Shown: piece by piece, positions 8,907-18,968 of the stretch
Layout: each line of letters begins with the position of its first letter
How positions within the stretch are numbered: the stretch's first letter is position 1
NCBI GenBank assembly: GCA_947589475.1
Contig: CANQBO010000007.1
Location: 33,493 to 97,492 of the forward strand
Reading direction: 5' to 3'
Length of the DNA: 64,000 nucleotides
From: an uncultured Clostridia bacterium
GTDB taxonomy: Bacteria > Bacillota > Clostridia > Christensenellales > CAG-917
Program-made: the position numbers and the translations under genes
Notes under the pieces: generated by a model
Seen by the model: only the letters and a program-made list of their open reading frames with translations
Database searches by the model: none
What the model was told of the DNA's origin: nothing

Positions 8907-10736
8907 ATGAAAAAAATAATGAACACCCCCGAGAGTTTCGTCTATGATATGTGCCACGGCCTTGCGGCGGCGCATCCCGAACTCGAGTTTGTCGAAAAGT
9001 TCAAGATCGTAAAAAAGAAGGACATCAACGACGAGAAGGTCAGCCTCATTTCGGGCGGCGGCAGCGGACATGAGCCTGCGCATGCGGGTTTTGTCGGCAA
9101 AGGTATGCTTGACGCGGCGGTATGCGGCGACGTATTTGCCTCTCCCTCTCAGGTGCAAGTTTACAACGCGATCAAAAAGTGCGCGACGGACAAGGGCGTA
9201 TTGCTCATCATCAAGAACTATTCGGGCGATTGCATGAATTTCAACAACGCAATGGCGGACGCGCAAGAGGACGGCGTCAAGGTCGACGCGGTGTATGTCA
9301 ACGACGACATCGCCGTCAAGGACTCCCTCTACACCGTCGGACGCAGAGGCGTTGCGGGCACAGTGCTCGTGCATAAGTGCGCAGGCGCGGCGGCAGAACA
9401 AGGCAAGGAACTCGAAGAGGTCAAGCGTATCGCAAACAAGGTCATCGAAAACGTGCGCTCCTTCGGTTTCGCGTTTACGTCCTGCACCGTTCCCGCGGCG
9501 GGACATCCCACTTTCGACATCGGCGACGACGAGATGGAATTCGGCGTGGGCATCCACGGCGAACCCGGTCGTTTCCGCGAGAAGATAGACTATTCAAAGG
9601 GCACCTTCTCGGACGACCTCGCGCGCAGGATCGTCACCGACCTCGAGGAAGATCTCGGGCTTAAGAAAGGCGAAGAGATCGTGCTTCTCATCAACGGTTT
9701 CGGCGGATCCCCCCTGCAGGAGTTGTACATCCTCAACAATTCCGTCACAAAGGCGCTTGCCGCGGACGGCATAACCATACATCGCACGATAGTCGGCAAC
9801 TATATGACGTCCATCGACATGGCGGGCGCTTCCATTTCCGTGCTGAGAGTAGACGCGGAACTCAAAGCTCTCATAGATTATCCCGTTTCCACACCTGCCC
9901 TCACCTGGGGCGCGGCTATGGATGAGCAAGCGGAAGCGGCGCTCGAGGCTATAAAGGCAATAGGCAAAGCGCTCGGCTACGCTCCTCAAGAGGCACAGCC
10001 CAAAAAGGCGAAGAAAGCCGCGGCAAAAGAAGAGACAGAGGATAACGCCACTTACGAAGTCGTAGGCGAGCCTAAGATCGGCGAGACAATAAACACTGCC
10101 GCATTCGTCAAAATAGTCGAGAAGATGGCGGACATCGTCATCGAAAACGAAGTTCCCTTCTGCGAGGCGGATCAAATGGGCGACGGCGACTTCGGAATGT
10201 CCATCGCAAAGGGCTTCAGACAGCTCAAGGCAGATTGGGCGACCCGCAAGAAAGGCGACATCGGCGAATTCCTCGTCAGTTGCTCCGAGATAATCAAGGA
10301 GTACTGCGGCGGCGCGTCAGGTCCCATCTGGGGTTCCGCGTTCAAGTATGCGGGCAAAGCGATGCTCGGCAAGACGGAAGTCAGCCTCAAGGACATCGCC
10401 TTCCTCTTCACGGAGGCGAACCGCGGCGTGTATGAGACGGGCAAAAAGTCCTTCGGCAAGGGCGCGGACATCGGCGATAAGACGCTTGTCGACGCCTTAA
10501 AACCCTGCGCGATCGCGCTCACAAAGGCGGCTGAAGAAAACAAGAAACTCATCAAGGGTCTCGAGCTTGGCGCAAAAGCGGCGCACGAAGGCGCGGAAGC
10601 CACAAAGACTGTCGTCGCAAGACTTGGCAGAGCGGGCACCGTCGGCGAACGCAGTATAGGTTTCCCCGACGCGGGCGCGCACGGCCTCGACGTCATCTTC
10701 AACGAGCTTGTTGCCTACATCAAGGCATTCAAGTAA
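8907..10736 (+). CDS. dhaK: Dihydroxyacetone kinase, fused DhaK-DhaL (single-chain, ATP-dependent type)
   Basis: Start MKKIMNTPESF at 8907, preceded by AAGGAG at 8895-8900. The DhaK domain has SGGGSGHEPAH. A Lys/Ala/Glu-rich linker (KKAKKAAAKEETED) is followed by a DhaL-like domain (GDGDFG). Confidence 0.9.
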   Translation: MKKIMNTPESFVYDMCHGLAAAHPELEFVEKFKIVKKKDINDEKVSLISGGGSGHEPAHAGFVGKGMLDAAVCGDVFASPSQVQVYNAIKKCATDKGVLLIIKNYSGDCMNFNNAMADAQEDGVKVDAVYVNDDIAVKDSLYTVGRRGVAGTVLVHKCAGAAAEQGKELEEVKRIANKVIENVRSFGFAFTSCTVPAAGHPTFDIGDDEMEFGVGIHGEPGRFREKIDYSKGTFSDDLARRIVTDLEEDLGLKKGEEIVLLINGFGGSPLQELYILNNSVTKALAADGITIHRTIVGNYMTSIDMAGASISVLRVDAELKALIDYPVSTPALTWGAAMDEQAEAALEAIKAIGKALGYAPQEAQPKKAKKAAAKEETEDNATYEVVGEPKIGETINTAAFVKIVEKMADIVIENEVPFCEADQMGDGDFGMSIAKGFRQLKADWATRKKGDIGEFLVSCSEIIKEYCGGASGPIWGSAFKYAGKAMLGKTEVSLKDIAFLFTEANRGVYETGKKSFGKGADIGDKTLVDALKPCAIALTKAAEENKKLIKGLELGAKAAHEGAEATKTVVARLGRAGTVGERSIGFPDAGAHGLDVIFNELVAYIKAFK

Positions 10737-10812
10737 GATTCGACAACTTAATATACAGATTATAACCACCTGTTTTTGTTTGTAAGGAAAAGTTATATCC
10801 TGTCGGTTCTGC

Positions 10813-10846
10813 AAAATATCCTCTCCGAACGGAGAGGATATTTTTC
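10813..10846. terminator. Bidirectional intrinsic terminator shared by the convergent dhaK and purL
   Basis: Perfect 12-bp stem ATATCCTCTCCG/CGGAGAGGATAT with a 2-nt loop, flanked by an A-run and a T-run. Confidence 0.7.
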
Positions 10847-10953
10847 ACATCGTTTTATTCGTGTTTTGCAAAACGCGCATTTTAAATTTGCACAACGCAA
10901 TGTTTAAATGCCTAATTTGCAGAGTCAAGCGCGCTTTTGCACATCGGTCTGCC

Positions 10954-13900
10954 CTATTCGAAATACTTGACCGCGCTTTCAAACAGCTTCATGTCGTAAT
11001 TGCCCGGGACGTTTTGATACAGTCCCGCGCCCTTGCGCTCCGCATGTCCCATCTTGCCGAAAACTCTGCCGTCGGGTGAGAGTATGCCCTCAACCGCGCA
11101 GGTGCTGCCGTTTGGAGCAAAGCGTATGTCCATAGTCGCCCTGCCTTTCAAATCTACGTATTGCGTCATGATCTGCCCGTTTGCGGCAAGCTGCCTCAGC
11201 AACTTGTCCGAACACACAAATCTGCCCTCGCCGTGGGATATCGGCACGTTGAACACGTCTCCCACATTGACCGCGCTCAGCCACGGCGACTTGTCGGAGG
11301 CGACTCTGACCTGCACGATACGGGATTGATGCCTTCCGATGTCGTTGTAGGTGAGCGTAGGACAATTTCTGTCCGTATCTATTATCTTGCCGAATGGCAC
11401 GAGTCCGAGCTTTATGAGCGCCTGAAAACCGTTGCAAATGCCGCCCATAAGTCCGTCGCGGACCTCAAGCAATCTCCCGACTTCCTCTTTTATTCTCTCA
11501 TTTCTGAAAAACGCGGTTATGAATTTGCCGGAACCGTCGGGTTCGTCGCCGCCCGAGAAGCCCCCGGGGATAAACACTATATTAGCCTCGCTCATGCGCC
11601 TTGCGAATTCCTGCGCGGAGTACGCCACGTCGCTTGCGGAATTGTTTTTGATGACGAAAACATCCGCCTGCGCGCCCGCGTCCTCAAACGCCTTTGCGGT
11701 GTCGTACTCGCAGTTCGTGCCCGGGAATACGGGGATCAGCACCTTCGGATGTGCGGTGGAAATCGAACATCTAAACGGCTCGAATTTGCCGTCATACGAC
11801 AACGTGCTCACGGGACGTTTGGGAGGCGTTATATTGCAGGGATAAACGCTCTCAAGCTTTCCTTCGTATATGCTTTGCAGTTTGTCAAGCGAAATTATTT
11901 CCTCTTCGCGAGCGAGTTGATATCTCGCCTTCGTCCTGCCCAGAGTCTTGCCCACGCGCGCCGCGCCGCCAAGTTCTATGATGAAGGAGCCGTAGCGATA
12001 CGCAAACAGCGTCTCGTTGTCTATCTCCTTGTCAATGGCGAAGCCTATCCTGTTGCCGAGGCACATCTTGAGCAGTCCCGCCGCCACGCCTCCGTAGGTG
12101 GGCGTATATACGGCTTTCGCCTTGCCTTCTCTTATGAGTTTTGTGACCTTTGAAATGTTTGCGACAAGCGATATTGCGTCGGGCAGACCGTACTCGTCGT
12201 ACTTCGGCTCGATCAAAACTACTCTGTGCCCCGCCGCCTTGAATTCGGGAGATACGACCTCCGACGTCTTGCCCGTCGTCACCGCAAACGAGACGAGGGT
12301 GGGCGGGACGTCGATATTCTCGAAAGTGCCGCTCATACTGTCCTTGCCGCCTATCGCCGCAATGTTAAGATCGCACTGCGCCTTGAATGCTCCGAGAAGT
12401 GCCGCGAGAGGCTGTCCCCACCTTGTTGCGTCCTTGCCGGGTTTGAGGAAGTACTCCTGGAATGTGAGATAGACATCCTCATAGCTCGCGCCCGTAGCGA
12501 TGAGCTTGCATAGGCTTTCCACAACGGCGAGATATGCGCCGTGATACGGGCTGTTTTCCGCTATGTGCGGATTCCCGCCCCAGCTCATATATGAAACCGT
12601 GTCCGTGTGTCCCTTCTCGGTAGATATGAGGTGCACCATAGCCTGCGGAGGCGTCTGTTGATACTTGCCGCCGAAGGGCATAAGCACCGTGCCCGCGCCT
12701 ATCGTCGAGTCAAATCGCTCGGAAAGTCCGCGCTTAGAGCACACGTTGAGGTCGCCCGCAAGCGTTTTCATACCCTCGACAAAGTCCGCGGGGATCTTTC
12801 TTCCAAACTCTTTTATCTTTGCGGGAGCGATGTCGATATGTTTTTCCGCGCCGTTGGAGTTTAAAAACTCGCGGGAAATATCCACGACCGTATGCCCTTT
12901 CCATCTCATCTTCAGCCTCGGCTCCTCTGTGACAGTCGCGACGACGGTCGCCTCGAGGTTCTCGCCCTCGGCAAGCTCGATAAATCGCGCCGCCTTATCC
13001 GCCTCCACTACGACAGCCATGCGCTCCTGCGATTCGGATATGGCAAGCTCGGTGCCGTCAAGTCCCTCGTACTTTTTCGGCACGAGGTCGAGGTCTATCT
13101 CAAGCCCGTCCGCAAGCTCGCCTATCGCGACGGACACACCGCCCGCGCCGAAGTCGTTACAACGTTTGATGAGGCGCATCGCCTCGCTTATTCTGAACAG
13201 CCTTTGAAGTTTTCTCTCTTCGGGAGCGTTGCCCTTCTGCACTTCCGCGCCACACTCCGTGAGAGATTCTTGCGTATGGGATTTTGACGAACCCGTCGCG
13301 CCGCCGCACCCGTCTCTGCCCGTCTTACCTCCCAAAAGTATCACCTTATCGCCGGGAAGAGGCGTTTCTCTGCGCACATTTTCAGCGGGAGTAGCGGCGA
13401 TGACCGCGCCTATTTCCAGCCTCTTTGCGACATAGCCCTCGTGGTACATCTCGTCCACCTGTCCCGTCGCAAGCCCTATCTGATTGCCGTATGAGGAATA
13501 TCCCGCCGCCGCCGTCGTAACGAGCTTACGCTGAGGAAGCTTCCCGGGCAAAGTATCCTTCACGGGTACGAGGGGGTCTCCCGCGCCCGTCACGCGCATA
13601 GCGGCATACACATAGCTTCTTCCGCTGAGCGGGTCACGTATCGCGCCGCCTATACAGGTCGCCGCGCCGCCGAAAGGCTCTATCTCGGTGGGATGATTGT
13701 GCGTCTCGTTTTTAAACAGCAACAGCCAATCTTCCTGCTTGCCGTCGTGGTCTACTTTTATTTTGACGGTGCACGCGTTTATCTCCTCGCTCTCGTCCAG
13801 CTTGTCTAGAAGCCCGCGCTTTTTGAGCAACTTGCATGCGATGGTGCCTATATCCATGAGGTTTATCGGCTTTGTGCGCCCTATTTCCTCGCGCGCGGCG

Positions 13901-14646
13901 ATATAATCTTTGTAGGCGTCCTCAAGCAGTTCGTCCTCGAATTTTACGCTGTCCACCGTCGTCAAAAACGTGGTATGGCGGCAGTGATCGGACCAATAGG
14001 TGTCTATCATGCGTATCTCTGTGATGGTGGGGTCGCGCTTCTCATCTCTGAAATAGCTTTGACAAAACGCGATGTCGTCGATGTCCATCGCAAGTCCGTA
14101 ATTTTTGACGAATGCCTCAAGCCCCGCTCTGTCCAGCGCGTTGAACCCCGTGAGAGTCTCCACCGTCTCGGGCATATCGTATTCGACTTTGAGCGTCTTT
14201 GGCAGTTCTAGCGAAGCCTCTCTGCTCTCTACGGGATTTATGACATACTTTTTCAGCGCCGAAATGTCCGCCTCGCTCACGTCGCCGTACACGAGATACA
14301 GCTTTGCGGTGCGTATGAGGGGACGCGCGCCCATCGAGATGAGCTGTATGCACTGCGCCGCGCTGTCCGCCCTTTGGTCGAATTGCCCGGGCAAATACTC
14401 CACGGCAAACGCGGTCGCGCCGGACATATCCACGCGCTTCAACGCCTTGTCCATCTGCGGCTCGCTGAACACCTTTGCTACGCAGGAGTCGAACAGCTTT
14501 CCATCAAGTCCCTCCGCGTCGTAGCGGTTTATTACGCGTATCCTCTCTATGCCTTTAAGCCCCAAAAGCTCGCGACAATCGGCAAGAAGCGTCCTCGCCT
14601 CGTGGTCGAAACCTGTCCTCTTTTCAACATAAATGCGATAAACCAT
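10954..14646 (-). CDS. purL: Phosphoribosylformylglycinamidine synthase, large single-chain form (PurS/PurL/PurQ fused)
   Basis: Start MVYRIYVEKRTGFDHEA at 14646, overlapping the purD stop (TAATG). FGAM synthase motifs are present, and the C-terminal glutaminase domain has GGFSGGDEP and ICNGFQ. The 97-aa N-terminal extension in the ORF track overlaps purD and was rejected. Confidence 0.95.
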   Translation of the reverse strand: MVYRIYVEKRTGFDHEARTLLADCRELLGLKGIERIRVINRYDAEGLDGKLFDSCVAKVFSEPQMDKALKRVDMSGATAFAVEYLPGQFDQRADSAAQCIQLISMGARPLIRTAKLYLVYGDVSEADISALKKYVINPVESREASLELPKTLKVEYDMPETVETLTGFNALDRAGLEAFVKNYGLAMDIDDIAFCQSYFRDEKRDPTITEIRMIDTYWSDHCRHTTFLTTVDSVKFEDELLEDAYKDYIAAREEIGRTKPINLMDIGTIACKLLKKRGLLDKLDESEEINACTVKIKVDHDGKQEDWLLLFKNETHNHPTEIEPFGGAATCIGGAIRDPLSGRSYVYAAMRVTGAGDPLVPVKDTLPGKLPQRKLVTTAAAGYSSYGNQIGLATGQVDEMYHEGYVAKRLEIGAVIAATPAENVRRETPLPGDKVILLGGKTGRDGCGGATGSSKSHTQESLTECGAEVQKGNAPEERKLQRLFRISEAMRLIKRCNDFGAGGVSVAIGELADGLEIDLDLVPKKYEGLDGTELAISESQERMAVVVEADKAARFIELAEGENLEATVVATVTEEPRLKMRWKGHTVVDISREFLNSNGAEKHIDIAPAKIKEFGRKIPADFVEGMKTLAGDLNVCSKRGLSERFDSTIGAGTVLMPFGGKYQQTPPQAMVHLISTEKGHTDTVSYMSWGGNPHIAENSPYHGAYLAVVESLCKLIATGASYEDVYLTFQEYFLKPGKDATRWGQPLAALLGAFKAQCDLNIAAIGGKDSMSGTFENIDVPPTLVSFAVTTGKTSEVVSPEFKAAGHRVVLIEPKYDEYGLPDAISLVANISKVTKLIREGKAKAVYTPTYGGVAAGLLKMCLGNRIGFAIDKEIDNETLFAYRYGSFIIELGGAARVGKTLGRTKARYQLAREEEIISLDKLQSIYEGKLESVYPCNITPPKRPVSTLSYDGKFEPFRCSISTAHPKVLIPVFPGTNCEYDTAKAFEDAGAQADVFVIKNNSASDVAYSAQEFARRMSEANIVFIPGGFSGGDEPDGSGKFITAFFRNERIKEEVGRLLEVRDGLMGGICNGFQALIKLGLVPFGKIIDTDRNCPTLTYNDIGRHQSRIVQVRVASDKSPWLSAVNVGDVFNVPISHGEGRFVCSDKLLRQLAANGQIMTQYVDLKGRATMDIRFAPNGSTCAVEGILSPDGRVFGKMGHAERKGAGLYQNVPGNYDMKLFESAVKYFE

Positions 14647-15920
14647 TATTTTTCCCCCAATGCGGCGAGCGCTCTTGCGCCTATATCGCCGCGCATATAC
14701 GCACCCTCGAAGCGCACCTGCTTTGCAAGCGCATACGCTTTGTCTATTGCCGACCTCAAGTCCTTCGCCCTTGCCACCGCGCCGAGCACTCTGCCGCCCG
14801 ACGTCACAAGTTTGCCCTCGCAAAGTTTTGCGCCCGCAATGTAAATGTCCTCGTCCTCGGCGGGAGCGGGAAGCGACATTTCGCACCCCGTATTGTATTT
14901 TTTTGGATAACCATTCGACGCGACGACGACGCAACACGCGCTGTCAGATGAGAATTTCACCATATTCTCGTCTAGCGTTCCGTTGCGCGTGGCAAGCATG
15001 ATCTCAAGCAAGTCGCTAACGAGAAGCGGCAAAACCACCTGCGTCTCGGGATCGCCGAAACGACAATTGTACTCGATCACTTTGGGTCCGTCCGCCGTGA
15101 GCATAAGCCCGAAATACAGACAGCCCTTAAACGTCCTGCCTTCCGCGTTCATCGCCTCGATCGTGGGCAGGAATATCTCATCCATACAGCGCTTTGCGAT
15201 GTCGGGCGTGTAGTACGGATTCGGCGCGATAGTGCCCATTCCGCCCGTGTTGAGGCCCTTGTCGCCGTCCAGCGCGCGCTTGTGATCCATAGATGATACC
15301 ATAGGAATTACGCGCTTTCCGTCCGTGAAAGAGAGTACTGAAACTTCCGGTCCCGTCAAGAACTCCTCAACGAGCACTCTGCTGCCGCTCTCGCCGAATA
15401 TCTTGTCCAGCATCATATCCTTGATCGCCGCCTTCGCCTCGTCAAAGTTGTTTACTATGACGGCGCCCTTTCCCAGCGCAAGGCCGTCCGCCTTTATGAC
15501 GGCGGGATAGGTCGTATCTTTGAGATATTCGAGTGCTTCGTCCGCGCGCGTGAAAGTTTTGCTCTTTGCGGTGGGGATGCCGTACTTGTTCATAAGCTGT
15601 TTTGAAAACACCTTGCTCCCCTCTATAATAGCCGCCCTCTTGTTCGGTCCGAAACACGGCACGCCTATGCCCTCGAGCGCGTCCACCGCGCCGAGCACGA
15701 GCGGGTCGTCGGGAGTGACCACCGCAAAATCGACTTTGTGCGACTTTGCAAACTCCACGATGCCGTCTATGTCCGTAGATTTTATCGAATGACACTCCGC
15801 GTCCGCCGCGATACCTCCGTTTCCCGGCAAGCAATATATCTTGCCCGCCTTAGGACTGCTTTTGAGAGCTTTTATGACCGCATGCTCTCTTCCTCCGCCT
15901 CCGACGACCAATATGTCCAT
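14646..15920 (-). CDS. purD: Phosphoribosylamine-glycine ligase
   Basis: Start MDILVVGGGGREHA at 15920 with AGGAGG 5 nt upstream; ATP-grasp GARS motifs. Confidence 0.95.
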   Translation of the reverse strand: MDILVVGGGGREHAVIKALKSSPKAGKIYCLPGNGGIAADAECHSIKSTDIDGIVEFAKSHKVDFAVVTPDDPLVLGAVDALEGIGVPCFGPNKRAAIIEGSKVFSKQLMNKYGIPTAKSKTFTRADEALEYLKDTTYPAVIKADGLALGKGAVIVNNFDEAKAAIKDMMLDKIFGESGSRVLVEEFLTGPEVSVLSFTDGKRVIPMVSSMDHKRALDGDKGLNTGGMGTIAPNPYYTPDIAKRCMDEIFLPTIEAMNAEGRTFKGCLYFGLMLTADGPKVIEYNCRFGDPETQVVLPLLVSDLLEIMLATRNGTLDENMVKFSSDSACCVVVASNGYPKKYNTGCEMSLPAPAEDEDIYIAGAKLCEGKLVTSGGRVLGAVARAKDLRSAIDKAYALAKQVRFEGAYMRGDIGARALAALGEK

Positions 15921-15996
15921 AATTCCTCCTGCAAATTTTAAAATCAAAACTTTATCGCGCTATTTTTTGCAAATAAACCCGCGTTTAATGCAATTA

Positions 15997-17181
15997 TCAA
16001 TGGTGGAACAATCTCATTCCCGTGAAGCACATCACCATGTCGTGCTTGTTTGCCGCCTCTATGACGAGGTCGTCTCTCACGGATCCGCCCGGTTCCGCAA
16101 TATAGCCGACGCCGCTCTTGAACGCCCTCTCGACGTTGTCCGAGAAGGGGAAGAAAGCGTCGCTTCCGAGAGAAACTCCCTTTATCGTCTTGAGATATTC
16201 CGACTTCTCCTCGCGAGTGAACGGCTCGGGACGAACGGCGAAATTTTGCCTCCATACGTCGTCCCCTATTACGTCCTCCGCGTCGTCGGAAAGATAGATG
16301 TCGATGATGTTGTTTTTTTCGGGTCTGCCCACGCCGTCCGCGAACTTGAGTCCCAGCACTTTTTCATGCTGTCTTAGATGCCACAGGTCCGCCTTTTGCG
16401 CGGCGAGACGAGTGCAATGTATGCGCGATTGCTGTCCCGCGCCCACGCCTATCGCCTGTCCGTCCGTCGCAAAGCAAACGGAGTTGGACTGCGTATATTT
16501 GAGGGTGATGAGCGAAATTATCAGGTCTATCGCCTTGTCCTCGGGCAGATCCTTGTTGTCCGTGACGATATTTTTAAGCAGATCGCCGTCTATTTTGAAG
16601 TTGTTCCTGCCCTGCTCAAACGTGACCCCGAACACCTGTTTGCGCTCTATCTCGTCGGGCACGTAGTCCTTGTCTATCTGCACGATGTTGTACGCCCCCT
16701 TGCGCTTTGCGCCGAGTATCTCGAGCGCCTCTTTGCTGTATGCGGGGGCGATTATGCCGTCGGACACCTCGCGCGCGATTATCTTTGCGGTCGTGGCGTC
16801 GCACTCGTCCGAAAGCGCGATCCAATCGCCGAACGAGGACATTCTGTCCGTACCCCTTGCCCTTGCGTATGCGCAAGCGAGCGGAGAGTCGTCGAGTCCC
16901 TCTATGTCGTCCACAAAGCAGGACTTCTTGAGTGCGTCGGACAGCTTCCTCCCCACTGCCGCGGATGTCGGGGACACATGCTTGAAACTCGTCGCCGCTA
17001 CAAGTCCCGTATTCTCCTTTATCTCCTTGACAAGTTGCCACGAATTCAGCGCGTCTAGGAAGTTAATATATCCCGGTCTGCCGTTAAGTATGCTCACGGG
17101 AAGGTCGCCGCCGTCCGCCATAAATATGCGCGCGGGCTTTTGATTTGGATTGCAACCGTATTTCAAAGAAAACTCGTTCAT
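15997..17181 (-). CDS. purH: AICAR transformylase (AICARFT domain only; no MGS-like IMP cyclohydrolase domain)
   Basis: 394 aa starting MNEFSLKYGCNPNQKPA, which corresponds to the C-terminal transformylase half of bifunctional PurH. Confidence 0.85.
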   Translation of the reverse strand: MNEFSLKYGCNPNQKPARIFMADGGDLPVSILNGRPGYINFLDALNSWQLVKEIKENTGLVAATSFKHVSPTSAAVGRKLSDALKKSCFVDDIEGLDDSPLACAYARARGTDRMSSFGDWIALSDECDATTAKIIAREVSDGIIAPAYSKEALEILGAKRKGAYNIVQIDKDYVPDEIERKQVFGVTFEQGRNNFKIDGDLLKNIVTDNKDLPEDKAIDLIISLITLKYTQSNSVCFATDGQAIGVGAGQQSRIHCTRLAAQKADLWHLRQHEKVLGLKFADGVGRPEKNNIIDIYLSDDAEDVIGDDVWRQNFAVRPEPFTREEKSEYLKTIKGVSLGSDAFFPFSDNVERAFKSGVGYIAEPGGSVRDDLVIEAANKHDMVMCFTGMRLFHH

Positions 17182-17304
17182 ATCTCTCCTATTTGTCTCA
17201 ATAAATTCCGACTTTTATGTTTTTGTCTCAAAACTCACTACGTTTTGCGCATTTTTGCAAAATTCGCCGTTTTGAATTCTATATCCGAAACGTTTTAAAA
17301 CGTC

Positions 17305-18030
17305 TCATTTTTGATACTTGTTGATGATGACTTCCTCTTCCTCTCCGCTCAAGAGGTCGTATGAGCGGCAAACAAGAGATATTTTGTTGTCCTCGTTCAG
17401 GCTGTCCCACACTTCGTGAGCAAGTTCCTGCACAGTTGCGGGGAGCTTCACTCTTTCGGGTTCGCCCTCGAATGTGGGAAGCGGGTTCCCGTCCTTTTTG
17501 TATGTATGGATGAAGTGTCCGACTCCGCTGAGCGGCTCATATGCATAGAAATATCTGTTGCACGCCCTGCCCTTTGAGTCCGCGCTCTTCAAAATGGACA
17601 TCTCATAGGTGTAATCCTTCCTCTTTTTGCCGAGGTGGAGTATGGCGCTTATGCGCGGAGTGAAGTTGGGTGCGTCAGGCTCGAACTGCCTTGTCATAAG
17701 CGCGTGACGGAAGCACCTGCCCTCCTCAAGCGACGTCTCTATTGTGTCCGTCTGGTCGCCGTTTGTGACGATGACATCCTTGCCGACCATCTTAACGGGC
17801 GCGTAGATGATGAGGCTCGGGTCCTTGACCTTGCTCTCGTCATATGGTTCGGTGTAGATCGCGTCTCCCTTTTTTACAAAGACGCGATTGCGGCTATTTT
17901 CGCTCCTTCCCATGATGAAGTAGGCAAACAGCGCCTTCTTGCCGTCCGAGCTTTTGCCGACGATTATGCCGCGCCCCGGATAAGCGTTTGAGGCAAGCAA
18001 CCTCGAGATGCTCTTTTTTGCGTATGACAT
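17305..18030 (-). CDS. purO: IMP cyclohydrolase, PurO-like (archaeal-type)
   Basis: 241 aa, SNAYPGRGIIVGKS...YFIMGRSENSRNR; this matches my recollection of the PurO/IMP_cyclohyd family. It sits between purN and the AICARFT gene. Confidence 0.75.
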   Translation of the reverse strand: MSYAKKSISRLLASNAYPGRGIIVGKSSDGKKALFAYFIMGRSENSRNRVFVKKGDAIYTEPYDESKVKDPSLIIYAPVKMVGKDVIVTNGDQTDTIETSLEEGRCFRHALMTRQFEPDAPNFTPRISAILHLGKKRKDYTYEMSILKSADSKGRACNRYFYAYEPLSGVGHFIHTYKKDGNPLPTFEGEPERVKLPATVQELAHEVWDSLNEDNKISLVCRSYDLLSGEEEEVIINKYQK

Positions 18031-18166
18031 GTTGTACTCCTTCGCCGTAAGGCGTATTGATTTTCTAATTTATTTTTTTTGCGACAAGCCCAAAACTTCG
18101 CGTTTTTTGGATACAGGTGCGCATTTTGCGATGTGTCATAAGTTGTAAGTCAATAATGTATTGTCC

Positions 18167-18772
18167 TCATATCCCGCAAAGTTTGCTTGCGACAAGCTCC
18201 ACGGCCTCAGGCAATATCACCCACTCCGCCTCGCGCATTACGCGCTTTTGCAGCGTCTCGGGAGTGTCGCCGTCCTGCACGTTTACCGCTTTTTGCAAAA
18301 TTATGGGACCGCCGTCGCACTCCTCCGTGACATAGTGCACAGTCGCGCCCGTCACCTTGACTCCGCGCGCGAGCGCCGCCTCATGTACGTGCAGACCATA
18401 CATTCCCACTCCGCAAAAGCTTGGGATGAGCGCGGGATGCACGTTGATGATGCACCCTTCGTACGCCTTTATGAACTTTTCGGACAGCACTGTCATAAAG
18501 CCCGCGAGCACGACCATATCTATGCCCTCTTTTTTGAACGCGGCAAGTATAGCCTCTTCGCGCTCCTGCCGTGAAGGGATGCTTTTTCTGTCAAAGACAA
18601 GCGTTTTTATGGCGTATCTCTTTGCGCGCTCCAGCACATATGCGTCAGCGTTGTCCGTGACGACGAGGCATATGTCGCCGTGCGGGATAAGCCCCACCTC
18701 GCTCGCGCTCATTATCGCCTGAAAATTTGTGCCTCCGCCCGAGCAGAGCACCGCGATCTTCACTTTTTCCAT
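18167..18772 (-). CDS. purN: Phosphoribosylglycinamide formyltransferase
   Basis: 201 aa, KIAVLCSGGGTNFQAI...NVHPALIP...G.TVH motifs. Confidence 0.9.
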   Translation of the reverse strand: MEKVKIAVLCSGGGTNFQAIMSASEVGLIPHGDICLVVTDNADAYVLERAKRYAIKTLVFDRKSIPSRQEREEAILAAFKKEGIDMVVLAGFMTVLSEKFIKAYEGCIINVHPALIPSFCGVGMYGLHVHEAALARGVKVTGATVHYVTEECDGGPIILQKAVNVQDGDTPETLQKRVMREAEWVILPEAVELVASKLCGI

Positions 18773-18862
18773 ACTTTACATATCCTTTTTTGTGCAAACT
18801 TCGTGAGTTTCGCGCTCTTTTACAGCTCGCATGCACGGCAATTTGCACATTTCATTTATTTC

Positions 18863-18891
18863 ATTTTACCTTAGCTGCGCGATATTTGCAA
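18863..18891 (-). promoter_or_regulatory. Putative internal sigma-A promoter ahead of purN (TTGCAA, 17 nt spacer, TAAAAT)
   Basis: Read on the minus strand in the 196-nt gap between the orphan gene and purN. Confidence 0.4.
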
Positions 18892-18968
18892 GATGTATAC
18901 TTCTCATTTGCCGCTCAAGCACTTTGCTCCGTGGTATTTTGCGTATCGAGCGTTTAAGTCGGAGCGTC

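Noticed and set aside
7658-8926. 422-aa ORF on the minus strand
   Set aside because: It is antisense shadow of gldA, with no recognisable motifs and low-complexity Ala/Val/Arg content.
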